DNA of 63,999 nucleotides, counting the filler, from Choristocarpus tenellus KU-1152 (taxonomy: Eukaryota > Protista > Phaeophyceae): assembly GCA_964200185.2 (NCBI GenBank). It is 12 parts of 12 records of this genome, joined end to end, with 100 filler letters (N's around TTAATTAATTAA, not from the genome) between each part and the next. Parts side by side here need not be neighbours in the genome. Positions count along the whole stretch, not along the records: positions 59,698 to 63,999 come from CAXNAD020015213.1; 11 more parts are not named here. The stretch is one strand, 5' to 3'. A program made the translations under genes and the position numbers. Shown in pieces: positions 63,823 through 63,999 of this stretch. Position 1 is the first letter of the stretch, and each line of letters opens with the position of its first letter. Below the pieces are notes generated by a model that was not told the origin of the DNA, did no database searches, and saw only the letters and a list, made by a program, of their open reading frames with translations.

Positions 63823-63999
63823 CTCTCATTCAGGTGATTACAGAACGCACAGGCTACATTGGAGTGTGTCTAGCTGCGACGGAGTCCTTGCCTTGCCTTT
63901 GGGATGTCCTGGGGTCTACCCCTCCGGAGTCCACGAGTTCATTCCCTTTGTTAGCGAGATCCCCCGTGGCTGGCGGGTCATCATCGTACATCTGCGGTG

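Overview
This window is eukaryotic, repeat-rich nuclear DNA, most likely from an ochrophyte such as a brown alga. That is inferred from intron-rich genes, a bipartite plastid-targeting peptide and CRE-type LINE motifs. It is not one locus: 12 contigs are joined by artificial 100-bp linkers (N44-TTAATTAATTAA-N44). Host genes reconstructed by hand with phase-consistent GT-AG introns are a complete TFIIH p34/Tfb4 gene head-to-head with a complete plastid-targeted protein gene, the 5' half of PCH2/TRIP13, two exons of an EDEM-type GH47 alpha-mannosidase, and one orphan terminal exon. The rest is decayed mobile DNA: Ty1/copia, Ty3/gypsy, CRE-like LINEs, a DD40D mariner, a Stowaway-like MITE and another IS630/Tc1-type element. 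The most notable signal is a DNA-transposon system that I cannot place in a named superfamily. Two or three MITE families with unrelated interiors share the terminus G-NNN-(C/G)AAAGTATCT plus an inner GTCCATTTGG box. They make non-specific 3-bp TSDs (7 perfect cases) and nest repeatedly in a short window inside one family. They also sit in the introns of a spliced, disrupted RPF...CxCxxH transposase-like gene, whose upstream 90-bp tandem repeat carries the same end motifs. No rRNA, tRNA or CRISPR array was found.
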